DNA from: Turneriella sp.
GTDB taxonomy: Bacteria > Spirochaetota > Leptospiria > Turneriellales > Turneriellaceae
Direction: 5' to 3'
Length of the DNA stretch: 64,000 nt
Assembly: GCA_965279515.1 (NCBI GenBank)
Contig: CBDIID010000003.1
Coordinates: 3,456,001 to 3,520,000 of the forward strand
The stretch's first letter is position 1. Each line of letters starts with the position of its first letter. Position numbers and translations under genes: made by a program. This document shows, piece by piece, positions 36,916 to 46,688 of this stretch. The notes beneath the pieces are model-generated. The model made no database searches. It saw nothing but the letters and a program-made list of their open reading frames with translations, and was not told where the DNA came from.

Positions 36916-38058
36916 TCAGAATTTACGCAGTACAGGCACGACTGCAGTGCCCTGCTGATTGAAGCGGTTTACGTTATTGAACAATCTCTGGAAATCATTG
37001 CCCATGCCGGCCTGGTTGTCGATATTGTTAAACATGAACATGCCTTCCTGGCGTGTTTGTCCCGGCATATTCGCCTGCTGGGGCCGCAGCTTTTGCATCT
37101 CGCTTTGCAAGGGATTCATTACCTTCATGCCCTGCGTCTGCGCGCCATTGCCTTCGGCGATTGTCAGCGAACGGTTCAGGCCTTCGAGTTTTGCCTGCTG
37201 CTGTTTTGCGCCCGCTTCGAGGCTTTTAATCTCTTCGCGGATCTCCTGGATGTTGCGTGGTTCATCGGAGTTTTTTTCACGCAGCTGGGCATTCTTTTCA
37301 GCGATCTTGTCTTTGGTCTCGCCGAGTGCCTGAGCGACATTTTGTCTCTCTGCGAATAATTTCAGAATTTGCACACGGTTGCCGATTTCCCGGGACCGGG
37401 CTTCGACATTTTGCAGCCGCGCACGCGCTGAATCAGCGAGCTGCGCATCTTGTTTCTGCAGGCAGGCCCTTGCTTCGCCCGCCTCGAGGGCGCTGCTTTC
37501 TTGCTGCGCGACGGCATTCAGCAGTGTCGCGCGGATCAGTTCTTTCTCTGAAGGCGCGGGTGCGGGTTCCAGGAAGGCCGGTGAGTGCAGGGCATTCACG
37601 GCGAAGTGCTGACCATGGCGGCGCGCACTGAGAAAAGAGCCGCGCACGCCCGCGACGGCGGTTGCGCTTCTGACTTTGAAGACATTCATTTTGCCTTCAT
37701 CGGCGCGCGGCACAAAGGAATTCACGCCGCCATTGGCTAGATGCACTTCGACATTGCTGCCATCGTTCGTGGCGGCGATCTGGTTGAAACTGATCGTGGT
37801 ATTGGGTTTCAGTGATAACTGGCTGCCAGTCCGTAACATGACGATGACGCGGCTGTTGTAGCCGGTCTGTATTGTAGAAGAGGGATAGACTAAGGTTCCC
37901 AGGCCGGCAGCGACCCAGCGGCCATTTTCAAAAATCTGGGCTTTACCTTGCAACCCTGAAATTTTGCCCGCGGGCTGTTCAGCGGCAGTTGCCGGTGAGA
38001 ACGGCGAAACAGCCATAAAGGCCAGGACTCCTGAAAATACCAAAATGTTTGCTCTCAT
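36916..38058 (-). CDS. exported FecR-domain protein with coiled coil
   Basis: Signal peptide, IQTG..S, FKVRSATAVAGVRGS FecR motif, long coiled coil, N/Q/M-rich tail. Confidence 0.82.
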   Translation of the reverse strand: MRANILVFSGVLAFMAVSPFSPATAAEQPAGKISGLQGKAQIFENGRWVAAGLGTLVYPSSTIQTGYNSRVIVMLRTGSQLSLKPNTTISFNQIAATNDGSNVEVHLANGGVNSFVPRADEGKMNVFKVRSATAVAGVRGSFLSARRHGQHFAVNALHSPAFLEPAPAPSEKELIRATLLNAVAQQESSALEAGEARACLQKQDAQLADSARARLQNVEARSREIGNRVQILKLFAERQNVAQALGETKDKIAEKNAQLREKNSDEPRNIQEIREEIKSLEAGAKQQQAKLEGLNRSLTIAEGNGAQTQGMKVMNPLQSEMQKLRPQQANMPGQTRQEGMFMFNNIDNQAGMGNDFQRLFNNVNRFNQQGTAVVPVLRKF

Positions 38059-38069
38059 AGATTCTCCGC

Positions 38070-38711
38070 TTATTTCCTGTTTATTTTTGCCGGGCCAACC
38101 GGGTTGTTATACATCTCTTCGTAGGTTTCGTAACCGAATTCCCGGTAGGGGTTTTCTTCTGAATTCCAGTTTTTGACTTCGTCGGCCTGGGCGAGCGCCT
38201 CATCCATGAGGCTCATCAGCTCGGCCCCGGTGATGCCATCGCTTGCCGAAAGTCCATCGGCAACGAGGCCGAGGCCTTCGGCATTTTGCAGGGCATACCA
38301 TGACCAGCCGGTTAACCGGAACATAAAACTTTTCTGTAAGCCATGCGCATTGATGGCGGCTTTCGCGGCTGCACCCAAGGTGAGATTTTCTGCATAGATG
38401 TCTTTGATGCCGGCGGTTTTCAGTATGCCCAATTCCGTGACCCGGGTGCAGCGGTCGGCATCGGTGGCATAACGGGCATATTCACCGCGTTGCAGAAGCA
38501 CGATGCGACAGGCATCGGCATACGTCGCGCGCGGTTTCACCTGCAGCGCACGTACGGCCGCCATTTCGGGATCATCGGTTCGCGTCGGGGCCTGCGGCTG
38601 CAGCTCGGTTTGTTCCGTTTTGAGCTTTTGAGGTTTTTTGGGGCGCCGTGTTCCCGGTCTCTGGGCGGCCAGCGCAAATGTTAAAAGGAGGAAAATCGCG
38701 ATTCTTAGCAT
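38070..38711 (-). CDS. exported hypothetical protein (SLH-like helical repeats)
   Basis: Signal peptide; three repeats resembling (A/L/I)T..(D/A/E)...(I/A/L) helices. Confidence 0.7.
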   Translation of the reverse strand: MLRIAIFLLLTFALAAQRPGTRRPKKPQKLKTEQTELQPQAPTRTDDPEMAAVRALQVKPRATYADACRIVLLQRGEYARYATDADRCTRVTELGILKTAGIKDIYAENLTLGAAAKAAINAHGLQKSFMFRLTGWSWYALQNAEGLGLVADGLSASDGITGAELMSLMDEALAQADEVKNWNSEENPYREFGYETYEEMYNNPVGPAKINRK

Positions 38712-38862
38712 AGTTAGATACTCAGCCCTGACTTAGACGAGGAAAATTCCGGTTTTACCGGACAATTTTTTGATTTTTTTTATAAAAAGACGAAAATCGC
38801 GGATATTTTAACGCATGGCATGGGGATTTGAAATATACACCCCACGCGAGGCTTTCGTTCTG

Positions 38863-39253
38863 CATGCGGACTGAACAAATGGATGAAGTTTATTGCGCGA
38901 CGTTTATCTTTAAGAAGGGCAATTTCGATGAGGAATTCCATCGTTTAGACAAACGCGTTGCTGATTTTGCGCGGGCTACGCAGGGATATCTCGGTGAAGA
39001 GAGTTATGAGAACGCAGAGAATGGCCAGATCATCAATCTGTATTACTGGAATGATCCGGAGGGATTAAGGGCTTTGATGCAAAACCATGACCATCGACAG
39101 GCAAAGCAGCAGCAGGAGAGGTGGTTGGACGGTTACCAGGTCATTGTGTCCAAGGTTTTGGCTGCGTACAATAATGGCAAGTTTGTACATCCCCTGCAGT
39201 CCGTGGGTTTGCGTTCAGCGATTCTGCCGAGAGCAGGCGGGGAATCCGACTAA
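38863..39253 (+). CDS. antibiotic-biosynthesis-monooxygenase-like (ferredoxin fold) protein
   Basis: GYLGEES...YYW....L......H.QAK...W..GYQV; start uncertain. Confidence 0.78.
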
Positions 39254-39307
39254 TTCCCTTAAGAGCAGTAAAAGTTGCATCACTGATGGTGTTCGAAATG
39301 ATGACCT

Positions 39308-39952
39308 ATGCTAAAATTAACACCATGGCTGTATTTTTTAATGGTGCTATTGTCCACAGCGTCCATTTCTTCAGCAGAGATAGCAAGTAGCAAGCCTTCT
39401 GAGATAAATTCCCCGAGTCGCAGTCTAAACCGATGGGGCGTTGGCGTCTCTGGAGGCGGTCCGGGGCTTCTCTATTCACTCAACGGCGATTACTACATCA
39501 CGCCGAATATCGATATTGAGCTTGGCGGCTCTTTTATACCTCTATATTCTTCCAGCGGATCTAATAATTGGAACTTTTTCGGCGCATACTTTGGAGCAAA
39601 GTACGCGTTCTTGGGGCATCAACCGGGCCAGCGCTGGAGTCCGTATTTAGGAGTGATGGCGACTGTTTGGATCTTGGGCGGAGACGTAGCATTCGCAACA
39701 GGAAATAGCATCTTCTCTTCCCAGGTTTCAACAGAAAAAGCCTACGCTCCGTTTTTTGGAGCTTATTTTCCGTTGGGCATTGAGTTGATCGCCTTCAATG
39801 GCTTCACATTTGCGTTCGAATTAGCGTATCTTTATATACCATCCAGCAGCGTCACCTTGAATTCAAAAACGGTACCTGGTGCAACTTCGACGATGAGTAT
39901 TTCAAATGTTTCGAGTCCTTACGCTGCTATCAGGTTTGGATTTCATTTTTGA
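39308..39952 (+). CDS. small outer-membrane beta-barrel protein
   Basis: Signal peptide, about 8 strands, WSPYLG, terminal RFGFHF. Confidence 0.75.
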   Translation: MLKLTPWLYFLMVLLSTASISSAEIASSKPSEINSPSRSLNRWGVGVSGGGPGLLYSLNGDYYITPNIDIELGGSFIPLYSSSGSNNWNFFGAYFGAKYAFLGHQPGQRWSPYLGVMATVWILGGDVAFATGNSIFSSQVSTEKAYAPFFGAYFPLGIELIAFNGFTFAFELAYLYIPSSSVTLNSKTVPGATSTMSISNVSSPYAAIRFGFHF

Positions 39953-40151
39953 TTTTTTGGTCATGTATTTACTGATGACATGCCTGTTGGCGCTGGCTCT
40001 TCCCGAAGCCCGAGAGCGGCCGGGCTAAGAGCTGGCGGCGCTGAGGGATTTCTCGCTGCGAAGAGGTGATGCAGATCGGTTTGATTCTTTCGCCGGCCCC
40101 GGAGTTATCGCGTTAGAGGCACCGAATGGCCGTCTCATGCGTCTCTCAAGG

Positions 40152-40523
40152 TTATTTGGCTGAAAACTTTACTGCCGCCGAATCGCAGGTCCTATAATCC
40201 ATCGCCGCGCAGTACGAGTAGATAATCACGCTGTACTCCCTGTCGATCACCCGGCTAAATTTATGGCCAAAATCAGGAAAGTCCCGGTCGCTCAGTTTAT
40301 CAAAAGAAACGGTAGGTGCCTGAATTCGAATACAACTTACCCCGATTTCGCTGACGTATATGAGAATTCCGGTTTCCCTATCTAAAACGCGGGCGAATTT
40401 TTCAAAACCCTTCAGTTCATATTCTTTGCTGACCACAGGCGTTGTCACAGTTGTGGTTTTGCAACGGTTAAAAAACATGAAAAGGGCTGAAAGGAGAAAT
40501 AGTACCCGGGCGCTGTTGCTCAT
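40152..40523 (-). CDS. small putative lipoprotein with internal duplication
   Basis: Signal ending FFNRC; KFARVLDRETGILIY / KFSRVIDREYSVIIY duplication. Confidence 0.72.
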   Translation of the reverse strand: MSNSARVLFLLSALFMFFNRCKTTTVTTPVVSKEYELKGFEKFARVLDRETGILIYVSEIGVSCIRIQAPTVSFDKLSDRDFPDFGHKFSRVIDREYSVIIYSYCAAMDYRTCDSAAVKFSAK

Positions 40524-40620
40524 AGAATGCCCTCGATTTGGCTATGCCGGCTGCGGCGTCAATGCTTCTTCGGGGGACAGGCCGAGCACGCGAGGGCCCA
40601 CGGGGCCGCAGCGAGCGCAG

Positions 40621-40645
40621 CGGGTATTTCTTGTTGTGCGTAGTT
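40621..40645 (+). other. degenerate attC-like right half-site
   Basis: CGGGTATTTCTTGTTGTGCGTAGTT upstream of the 40684 gene, near-complementary to 41261-41287. Confidence 0.4.
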
Positions 40646-40683
40646 ACGGTAGACGGAATAAAAACTAATAGAAGTTTGTCGAT

Positions 40684-41262
40684 ATGCTCCGGTGGGTTAT
40701 TATTTTTTCTGTGGCAGGTGGCCTTTGCTGTCAGAGCCGGAGAATTCTAACTCATAAGGAAGGAGCGCTGGATTACCTTATTCAAGGTGAGTATTCAATT
40801 CATGAAATTAGGGAGGGTGGGGCTAGTGCCGTAGATGTCGTTGTGGTTGAAATAAAAGAGAATAATGGAATTTATTCCGGCATCATGGAGAGAAAAGTCA
40901 TTCACCTAATTAAACAAGGCAAGGTTATGGCTGAATTTCAAGCTAAGTTGTATGGGCCACGGCATTCCAAGAATGAGATAATCTTTCGGGATGAAATAAT
41001 ATTTTCTTGTGAGTCAAAACTGAGACCCGGAATAAAAAAAGCGCCCAAAGATCTGACGGAAGCCGATTTTGATCGCAAATGGTGCAGAGACAAATATCAA
41101 TTATCTGAGTATAACGATGCAGAAAAGTCAGAAGAGTTTGGCGCTGTTTATTTTACTGTTAAAAGTAATTCTGAAATCTGGTGGTATACAGGAGCGGGGC
41201 AGCCAATTAAACTATTTCGAAAAATGGTCATTCCGGAAGGTGCAAAAACGCCGAAACCGTAA
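40684..41262 (+). CDS. hypothetical putative lipoprotein (AT-rich)
   Basis: Signal ending GGLCC; AT-rich codon usage. Confidence 0.7.
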   Translation: MLRWVIIFSVAGGLCCQSRRILTHKEGALDYLIQGEYSIHEIREGGASAVDVVVVEIKENNGIYSGIMERKVIHLIKQGKVMAEFQAKLYGPRHSKNEIIFRDEIIFSCESKLRPGIKKAPKDLTEADFDRKWCRDKYQLSEYNDAEKSEEFGAVYFTVKSNSEIWWYTGAGQPIKLFRKMVIPEGAKTPKP

Positions 41263-41287
41263 TTACGCACCACGTGGAAAATACCCG
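41261..41287 (+). other. degenerate attC-like left half-site
   Basis: AATTACGCACCACGTGGAAAATACCCG starting within the stop codon of the 40684 gene. Confidence 0.4.
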
Positions 41288-41560
41288 AATTGCGTTCTCG
41301 CGGGTGTAAAATGGTTTCATTCTCGGTTTTATGCGCCTATCGTGGGAGCGCATTTGCTCGGAGCGCCTCGCGAGCACGGCAAAACGCACCGCCCGGTGCG
41401 CCGGGCGCAGCGATCTTTGGATTGGGTGCCCTTATCGGCTTTTAGATGCATTGCGGGCGCCTGTAATGCTATCAAGGGTGCTGGCAGATTGTACAGAAAC
41501 CATGATCATATTCTTTTTCGACGGCTTGACGCACCGATTTCCTTTTATCGGAATGTCCGT

Positions 41561-42169
41561 GTGAGATATCAATTTCCAATTGGCATTACGGCACTGCTTG
41601 CTCTCGTAAACATCGTACCGCTTAGTGCTGCTAGTGACCCGATGACATTGATCACTGAAAAATCATGCAAGTGCATCGAAGCTCTCGATCATGCTCAATT
41701 CAAAACTCAGGAGCAGCGTAATATGCAGCTCGGACTTTGCGTAATCAAAAGCGCAAAGGGTTTCGAAAAATATCTCAAAATTGAAAAGAATATCGACATG
41801 GAGAAAATTGCCGAAGGTGATCATGGCACCAGGCTTGGTTACCTTTTCGCGTTGGAAGCTGCCAGCGTTTGTCCGAACACTTTTGCAAAAATCGCGAGTG
41901 AGGACGACGATAAGGTCACGAGAACGGTATCCGGAAAGATTACCGACATCAATTCCGGAGTCTATACAAAGATAACGCTAGAAGATGCGACCGGCAAGAT
42001 GAGCAGCCTATACTGGATTTTCAACTTCGATAATTCAAATATTTTGCTAAGTACGCAAAAGGACAAGAACGAGCGATTTGAGTTTAGTTATACAGAGAAA
42101 GAGATTTATTTCCATGCTCGGAAAGAATATCATAAAGTGAAAATTATTTCCGCGGTGAGAAAACTGTGA
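41561..42169 (+). CDS. exported hypothetical protein
   Basis: Probable GTG start 41561 followed by signal peptide (...VPLSA); CKC...C...CP cysteines. Confidence 0.72.
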   Translation: MRYQFPIGITALLALVNIVPLSAASDPMTLITEKSCKCIEALDHAQFKTQEQRNMQLGLCVIKSAKGFEKYLKIEKNIDMEKIAEGDHGTRLGYLFALEAASVCPNTFAKIASEDDDKVTRTVSGKITDINSGVYTKITLEDATGKMSSLYWIFNFDNSNILLSTQKDKNERFEFSYTEKEIYFHARKEYHKVKIISAVRKL

Positions 42170-42318
42170 GAGCTTTGCGAAAGTTGGTTTGTACACACCT
42201 TAAAGAGCAAGGTACCTGATCTAAGGCCTGAATTCTCACAACTAACCCTTGTGCTGCGATAGGTTTGTTACGCCGATACGAGGTCGGCGCATAACCAAGG
42301 CGCAATTAATACAGGCAA

Positions 42319-43026
42319 CTACCGTTTACGTGCAATTTGTAACAACATTGCATTCCACCCATGTGCTGACTCGCCTCTTGCTCCCAGCGTCGCCAACAGC
42401 TTTTTCCCTGTAACAACACTGTCCGCAATGTTGGTATGCACAAACATATGCTTTGACTTCAACAGTTCCGCCTGCGGATGGTTCGGGTCGTAGCCGCGCG
42501 GCACTTTTTTGGATTTGTCTTCATTGACCACTTCGGGAAAATTCTTACGGAAGGTTTTGTCGCCCAGTATTGCCACGATGCGGCTCTTCGGTGCGGCAAT
42601 GTCCTGTTTGAGGTTTTCGAGCACTGCTTTGTCGGGCATGTAATAACCCGCGCCGAAGATCGATTCGCCGCCGGGTTCGATGTGGATATAATAGCCCGGA
42701 ACTGTATCGCTCTTCTTGCCGCCGCTGCAGATGAAGGCCGCGAGGTGGGTTTTGTACGGCGACTTGTCTTTGCTGAAACGCACGTCGCGGTAAATACGGA
42801 ACAGGCAGCTTTTGGGGTCGATCGTCGTCAGCGCCTCGTCGTATTCGCTGAGTGCAAAGATCAGGCCCGAAACCAGTTCGAGAAAATTTTTCTGCGCAGT
42901 CTCTACATCCGCCTTGTGCTTTTGAAACCACTCACGGTTGTTATTCTTTTTCAAGGCCTTTAAAACCTTGAGGTCGTTTTCGGTCACAGCTTGGGATTTT
43001 TTTTTGTGCCGTACCTGCAACGACAA
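42319..43026 (-). CDS. DUF2461 (TIGR02453) family protein
   Basis: LKKNNNREWF, FRIYRDVRFSKDKSPYK, GYYIHI, KVPRGY; start may be GTG near 42987. Confidence 0.9.
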   Translation of the reverse strand: MSLQVRHKKKSQAVTENDLKVLKALKKNNNREWFQKHKADVETAQKNFLELVSGLIFALSEYDEALTTIDPKSCLFRIYRDVRFSKDKSPYKTHLAAFICSGGKKSDTVPGYYIHIEPGGESIFGAGYYMPDKAVLENLKQDIAAPKSRIVAILGDKTFRKNFPEVVNEDKSKKVPRGYDPNHPQAELLKSKHMFVHTNIADSVVTGKKLLATLGARGESAHGWNAMLLQIARKR

Positions 43027-43141
43027 TACGCATGGCTACTGAACAAGTGTTGACTATATAATTCGGCGACAAACTGCTTTTTTGGCGCTGCACGAAGCTG
43101 CGGGGGGATATAACAATCAACTAATCCCCACAGGAGCTTCT

Positions 43142-44005
43142 ATGAAAAAAAGTCTTTTTGCAGCTATCTTTTGTTTTGCAGCCACGGGGCTCTTCGCAGC
43201 ACCCACCACGATCTATGTTCACGGTTTTCATTTTTCTGTCGCGAAGACTGAAACGGCAAAAACCTGCCAGGGCAAGTCTACCTGCGAATCGTATTGGGGC
43301 GTTCAGGACAACTCGACTCCGGTTGTTCATACCGGCTATGACGGGCGTTATAATCCAACCGTGGCAGGCACAGAGCGCGGCTCAACGCGGCTGCTCGCCA
43401 ATCTCAACGCGTATTGCCGCCGTGACCGCGGCCAGTCCTGCCGCATCGTCAATCACTCGATGGGGGGATTAACCACCGGGTTCGTGTTGGCGAATTATAA
43501 CCGCAGCAATATTTATAACGTGCTCTATGTCACTTCACTGGTTTCGGCCGAAGGCGGTTCTGAGCTGGCTAACATCGGTTCGCCGGTTTTAACGACGCTC
43601 AATATCATCACACTCGGCCTTTCGAATTTTTTCCTGAATTTCCCTGACGCCGTTTCTGTTCTGAAAACGAGCGCGGCACGTGCCGCCTATGACCATAACC
43701 TGACGAATGGCACACCGTTTTACCATCTCGCGGGCAATACCTCTGAATGGTATATTGACTGGATTTTTCCCGGTAAACACGACACCGTACTTGCCATGCA
43801 TTCTACCTGCAGCTACCGCGACATCAAGTCGTTCACGCGCTGCGGCGGCGAGAGTGTTACTTCGGGTATCTGGCCTTTCAGAAGTACAAAATATTATACG
43901 ACGCATAGCGGCCACTACGTGCACCCGCGCTACAGCGCGGCGGGTGTCGGCATCAAACATCTCGACTTTCCGAACCGTAGCGACGTCGCAACGGCAGCGC
44001 CGTAA
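43142..44005 (+). CDS. exported alpha/beta hydrolase (lipase-like)
   Basis: Signal peptide, YVHG, NHSMGG nucleophile elbow, GGSELA; ATG 43142 with AGGAG SD. Confidence 0.82.
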   Translation: MKKSLFAAIFCFAATGLFAAPTTIYVHGFHFSVAKTETAKTCQGKSTCESYWGVQDNSTPVVHTGYDGRYNPTVAGTERGSTRLLANLNAYCRRDRGQSCRIVNHSMGGLTTGFVLANYNRSNIYNVLYVTSLVSAEGGSELANIGSPVLTTLNIITLGLSNFFLNFPDAVSVLKTSAARAAYDHNLTNGTPFYHLAGNTSEWYIDWIFPGKHDTVLAMHSTCSYRDIKSFTRCGGESVTSGIWPFRSTKYYTTHSGHYVHPRYSAAGVGIKHLDFPNRSDVATAAP

Positions 44006-44050
44006 CCGAAACGCGTCACCGGTGCGGTTATGCAGTGCCGGTGATTTAGT

Positions 44051-45226
44051 ATGAAACAGAAACGGTATTATTTTATCGCCGGCGCCGTAATTCTTCTCGG
44101 CCTCGGCTTAGTATTTTATTTCTATAAGGGACGCAGCGAGCGCCGCGGCAACGCCGTAAGCGACCACAAACGCCGCGTGCTCAGCGCCTTTGAAGATCCC
44201 ACCCGTGAGTTGCGCGAACTGGCGCTGAATGCGCAGGTGCCGTATGCAGATGTGCTGTCGGATTTCAAAATCTGGGCGCAGTATCCGCAGGATTCACGGC
44301 CGCTTTCCCGCGACGATGTCGACATTCTCAATTTTGGAAAAATCGAACTGCCGTACACGCCGATGCCGGTTATCGAAAACGGCAAGCCCAAAGAGCCCGT
44401 CTATTCCTGTGTGCTGCAGCCCAATGCGCACACAGCATACGAAAACGAAGACCTCGAGACCCACCTGCGTTGCCAGGAGATACAGAGCGGAAAATTTGTC
44501 ATGCCGGATGTCAGGGCGATGAAACTGACGCGCACTGCGGGAATCGGTATTTTCGATGTGCCACTACCCGATGTGCGGAAGAATGACCGCGCGCCTGTCT
44601 CCGTTGTTTTTGCCTACCGCGCGCGTCCCCAGGACTGGGGTGACATGGAGCTTGCGGTTGATTTTCTCATACCCGAAGAGAAGAGTTCGTTTATCCACCG
44701 GCTGAAGGTGCATTTTTTCTCCTCTCCCGAAGCGCCGGCAAAGTTTACGGGGAAATTTAACGAGCGTATCGATAACGGGTCTTTGATTCTTTCTGTCGAA
44801 GTCAATGTGCGCAAGCCAGGCCCCTACCGCATCGAAGGCAATCTCACGACCGACGACGGCCAACCGATCGCCCATGCCCGTGTCGACAGCCGTCTTGGCG
44901 GTGGCGCGCAGTGGGTGGATCTCCTCTTCTTCGGAAAAATTTTTCATGATAAGGGAATGCCGGGGCCGTATAAAGTCGCGGCGCTCTATGGCGCGCAGCA
45001 GAATCTGCCGATCAACCCCGATGCTTTGACCGGCCCCCCGGACCAGGTCGACAAAATGATCCAGATGACCGAGCAAACCGAACCGATCAAACGCGCGTTG
45101 TTGCCCTGGCAGGGTGATTACCACACTTCCGCATATCCCTTGAAGACCTTTTCTTTCGCCGAGTACGATTCCGAATTCAAGCGTGAAAGAATCGGCGAAC
45201 TCGAAAAACTCGCCGCCGGCAAATGA
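44051..45226 (+). CDS. membrane-anchored hypothetical protein with Ig-like domains
   Basis: N-terminal TM; C-terminal half paralogous to the next gene. Confidence 0.78.
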   Translation: MKQKRYYFIAGAVILLGLGLVFYFYKGRSERRGNAVSDHKRRVLSAFEDPTRELRELALNAQVPYADVLSDFKIWAQYPQDSRPLSRDDVDILNFGKIELPYTPMPVIENGKPKEPVYSCVLQPNAHTAYENEDLETHLRCQEIQSGKFVMPDVRAMKLTRTAGIGIFDVPLPDVRKNDRAPVSVVFAYRARPQDWGDMELAVDFLIPEEKSSFIHRLKVHFFSSPEAPAKFTGKFNERIDNGSLILSVEVNVRKPGPYRIEGNLTTDDGQPIAHARVDSRLGGGAQWVDLLFFGKIFHDKGMPGPYKVAALYGAQQNLPINPDALTGPPDQVDKMIQMTEQTEPIKRALLPWQGDYHTSAYPLKTFSFAEYDSEFKRERIGELEKLAAGK

Positions 45227-45861
45227 AGCCATGGCTGTGCGCGCTGCTGGCAAGCATGCCACTCCATAACGCGGTCTTCGCCCTGGTCGACGGTTCGAAC
45301 ACGGAAGTTCCGGCAGCGGTGCAGCTGAGGGATTACCTGATACACAGCAAATACCCGGAAGAGAACCGACTGCTCGGCGCAAACGATGAAGCTCTGGATC
45401 AAATTCCGCTAATTCCCGGAGACGCCTCGCCGAGTGCAGAGATTCTCGGCTTTTCGGACGACAGGCTTTCAAAAGGTTCGCTGCTGGTTTCGTTTTTGGT
45501 CAGCGTGCAGCAAGCCGGCACCTTCAGTTTTCGCACGTACCTCATGAGCGATACGGGTAAGCCCCTCGTACATACCATACTCACGCGTGAACTGAAGCCG
45601 GGAAAACATACGCTCACTTTTCTTTTTTACGGAAAAGCGGTGCGCGATGCCAGGCACTCGGGTCATTTTACTTTTTCGGGGCTGGTGGGTGAAAAGTTGC
45701 CCGATGCCACGGCCGGCTCCGGTCGGCTGAATTTTTTCCGGAAGCCCTACCGCACGAAGCAGTACCGCCATTCAGATTTCACTTCGCAGGATTGGGATTC
45801 GCCGCAAAAGCGCGCCCGCATCCGTGAACTACAGCAACAGATTAAGGCCGGGAAACCTTAA
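45223..45861 (+). CDS. exported hypothetical protein, paralog of the upstream gene
   Basis: Shared YP..SR/NR.L, GSL..S..V.V...G, LF(F/Y)GK, (Y/W)DS..KR.RI.EL motifs; ATGA overlap. Confidence 0.75.
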   Translation: MKPWLCALLASMPLHNAVFALVDGSNTEVPAAVQLRDYLIHSKYPEENRLLGANDEALDQIPLIPGDASPSAEILGFSDDRLSKGSLLVSFLVSVQQAGTFSFRTYLMSDTGKPLVHTILTRELKPGKHTLTFLFYGKAVRDARHSGHFTFSGLVGEKLPDATAGSGRLNFFRKPYRTKQYRHSDFTSQDWDSPQKRARIRELQQQIKAGKP

Positions 45862-46612
45862 CCACTGGCCGGTGTGCGGGTGGCAGCGCCGGCGTAGTGG
45901 CAGGCGCGTCGTCTGCCTCGCCCATCGCGGTTTCCGAGTCACCGTCGTCGAGTTCCCAACGCTCCGGGGTCAGGCGGTAATAACGGTAAGATGAAGTGTC
46001 TTCGGTGACGCGGCATTTGCCGTCGCGTTCGGTGTGCCGTTGGCGCAGCACGATCTTCTGTGCGTCATTGTTGTCGCGCGACCAGAGCGTCAGGTTGCCG
46101 ACCTTGCCACCGCAGCGTTTCTGCAAAGATTCTTCGAGAAAAATTTCCTGGCCGTGCTGGTCGCGGGCCGCTTCGACCTCGCCCGTCGCGGCAACGCGCA
46201 GCACCTGGTAGTCGGCATAACGTTCTTCGGCTTCGCGCGCCTCATGCCTGATGAAGACATAACTCGTATTGCCCGCTTCGAGAGTTTCGGTAATCTCACC
46301 CTCGGCCTGGTAGACGAATTCACAACTGGTTTTTCCGGCAAAGAACAGCGTCACCGGCTGCGCCGCGCCTTTCCCTTCATCTGGGTCGGGCAGCATCAGC
46401 TGCACCGCACCGACCTGCGTCTGCAGGCGCATGATTTTGTGTTCGATCGTAGGCGGCTTCTCATCGTCGGCCGAAAAATTTTCCGCAATATACTTTCGGG
46501 CTGCCTTGTCGAGGTCGGGGCAGCCGCCTACCTGTTGGGCCGACAGGCCTGGCAGGGCAAAGAGGGAGATCCCACTGAGGGTCAGAATACTGCTGATCGT
46601 GCGCATAGTCAT
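45842..46612 (-). CDS. exported hypothetical protein
   Basis: Signal peptide, paired cysteines. Confidence 0.7.
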   Translation of the reverse strand: MTMRTISSILTLSGISLFALPGLSAQQVGGCPDLDKAARKYIAENFSADDEKPPTIEHKIMRLQTQVGAVQLMLPDPDEGKGAAQPVTLFFAGKTSCEFVYQAEGEITETLEAGNTSYVFIRHEAREAEERYADYQVLRVAATGEVEAARDQHGQEIFLEESLQKRCGGKVGNLTLWSRDNNDAQKIVLRQRHTERDGKCRVTEDTSSYRYYRLTPERWELDDGDSETAMGEADDAPATTPALPPAHRPVVKVSRP

Positions 46613-46688
46613 TCGACGCTTTCATGCCACTTTGGTTCGCAAAACCTACTTTCCAGAGGCGCAGTGGGATTAACCCCGGTGCAGGCTT

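Noticed and set aside
41069..41560. N-terminal extension of ORF 41069-42169
   Set aside because: Overlaps the previous gene and runs through the palindromic spacer; the signal peptide begins only at GTG 41561
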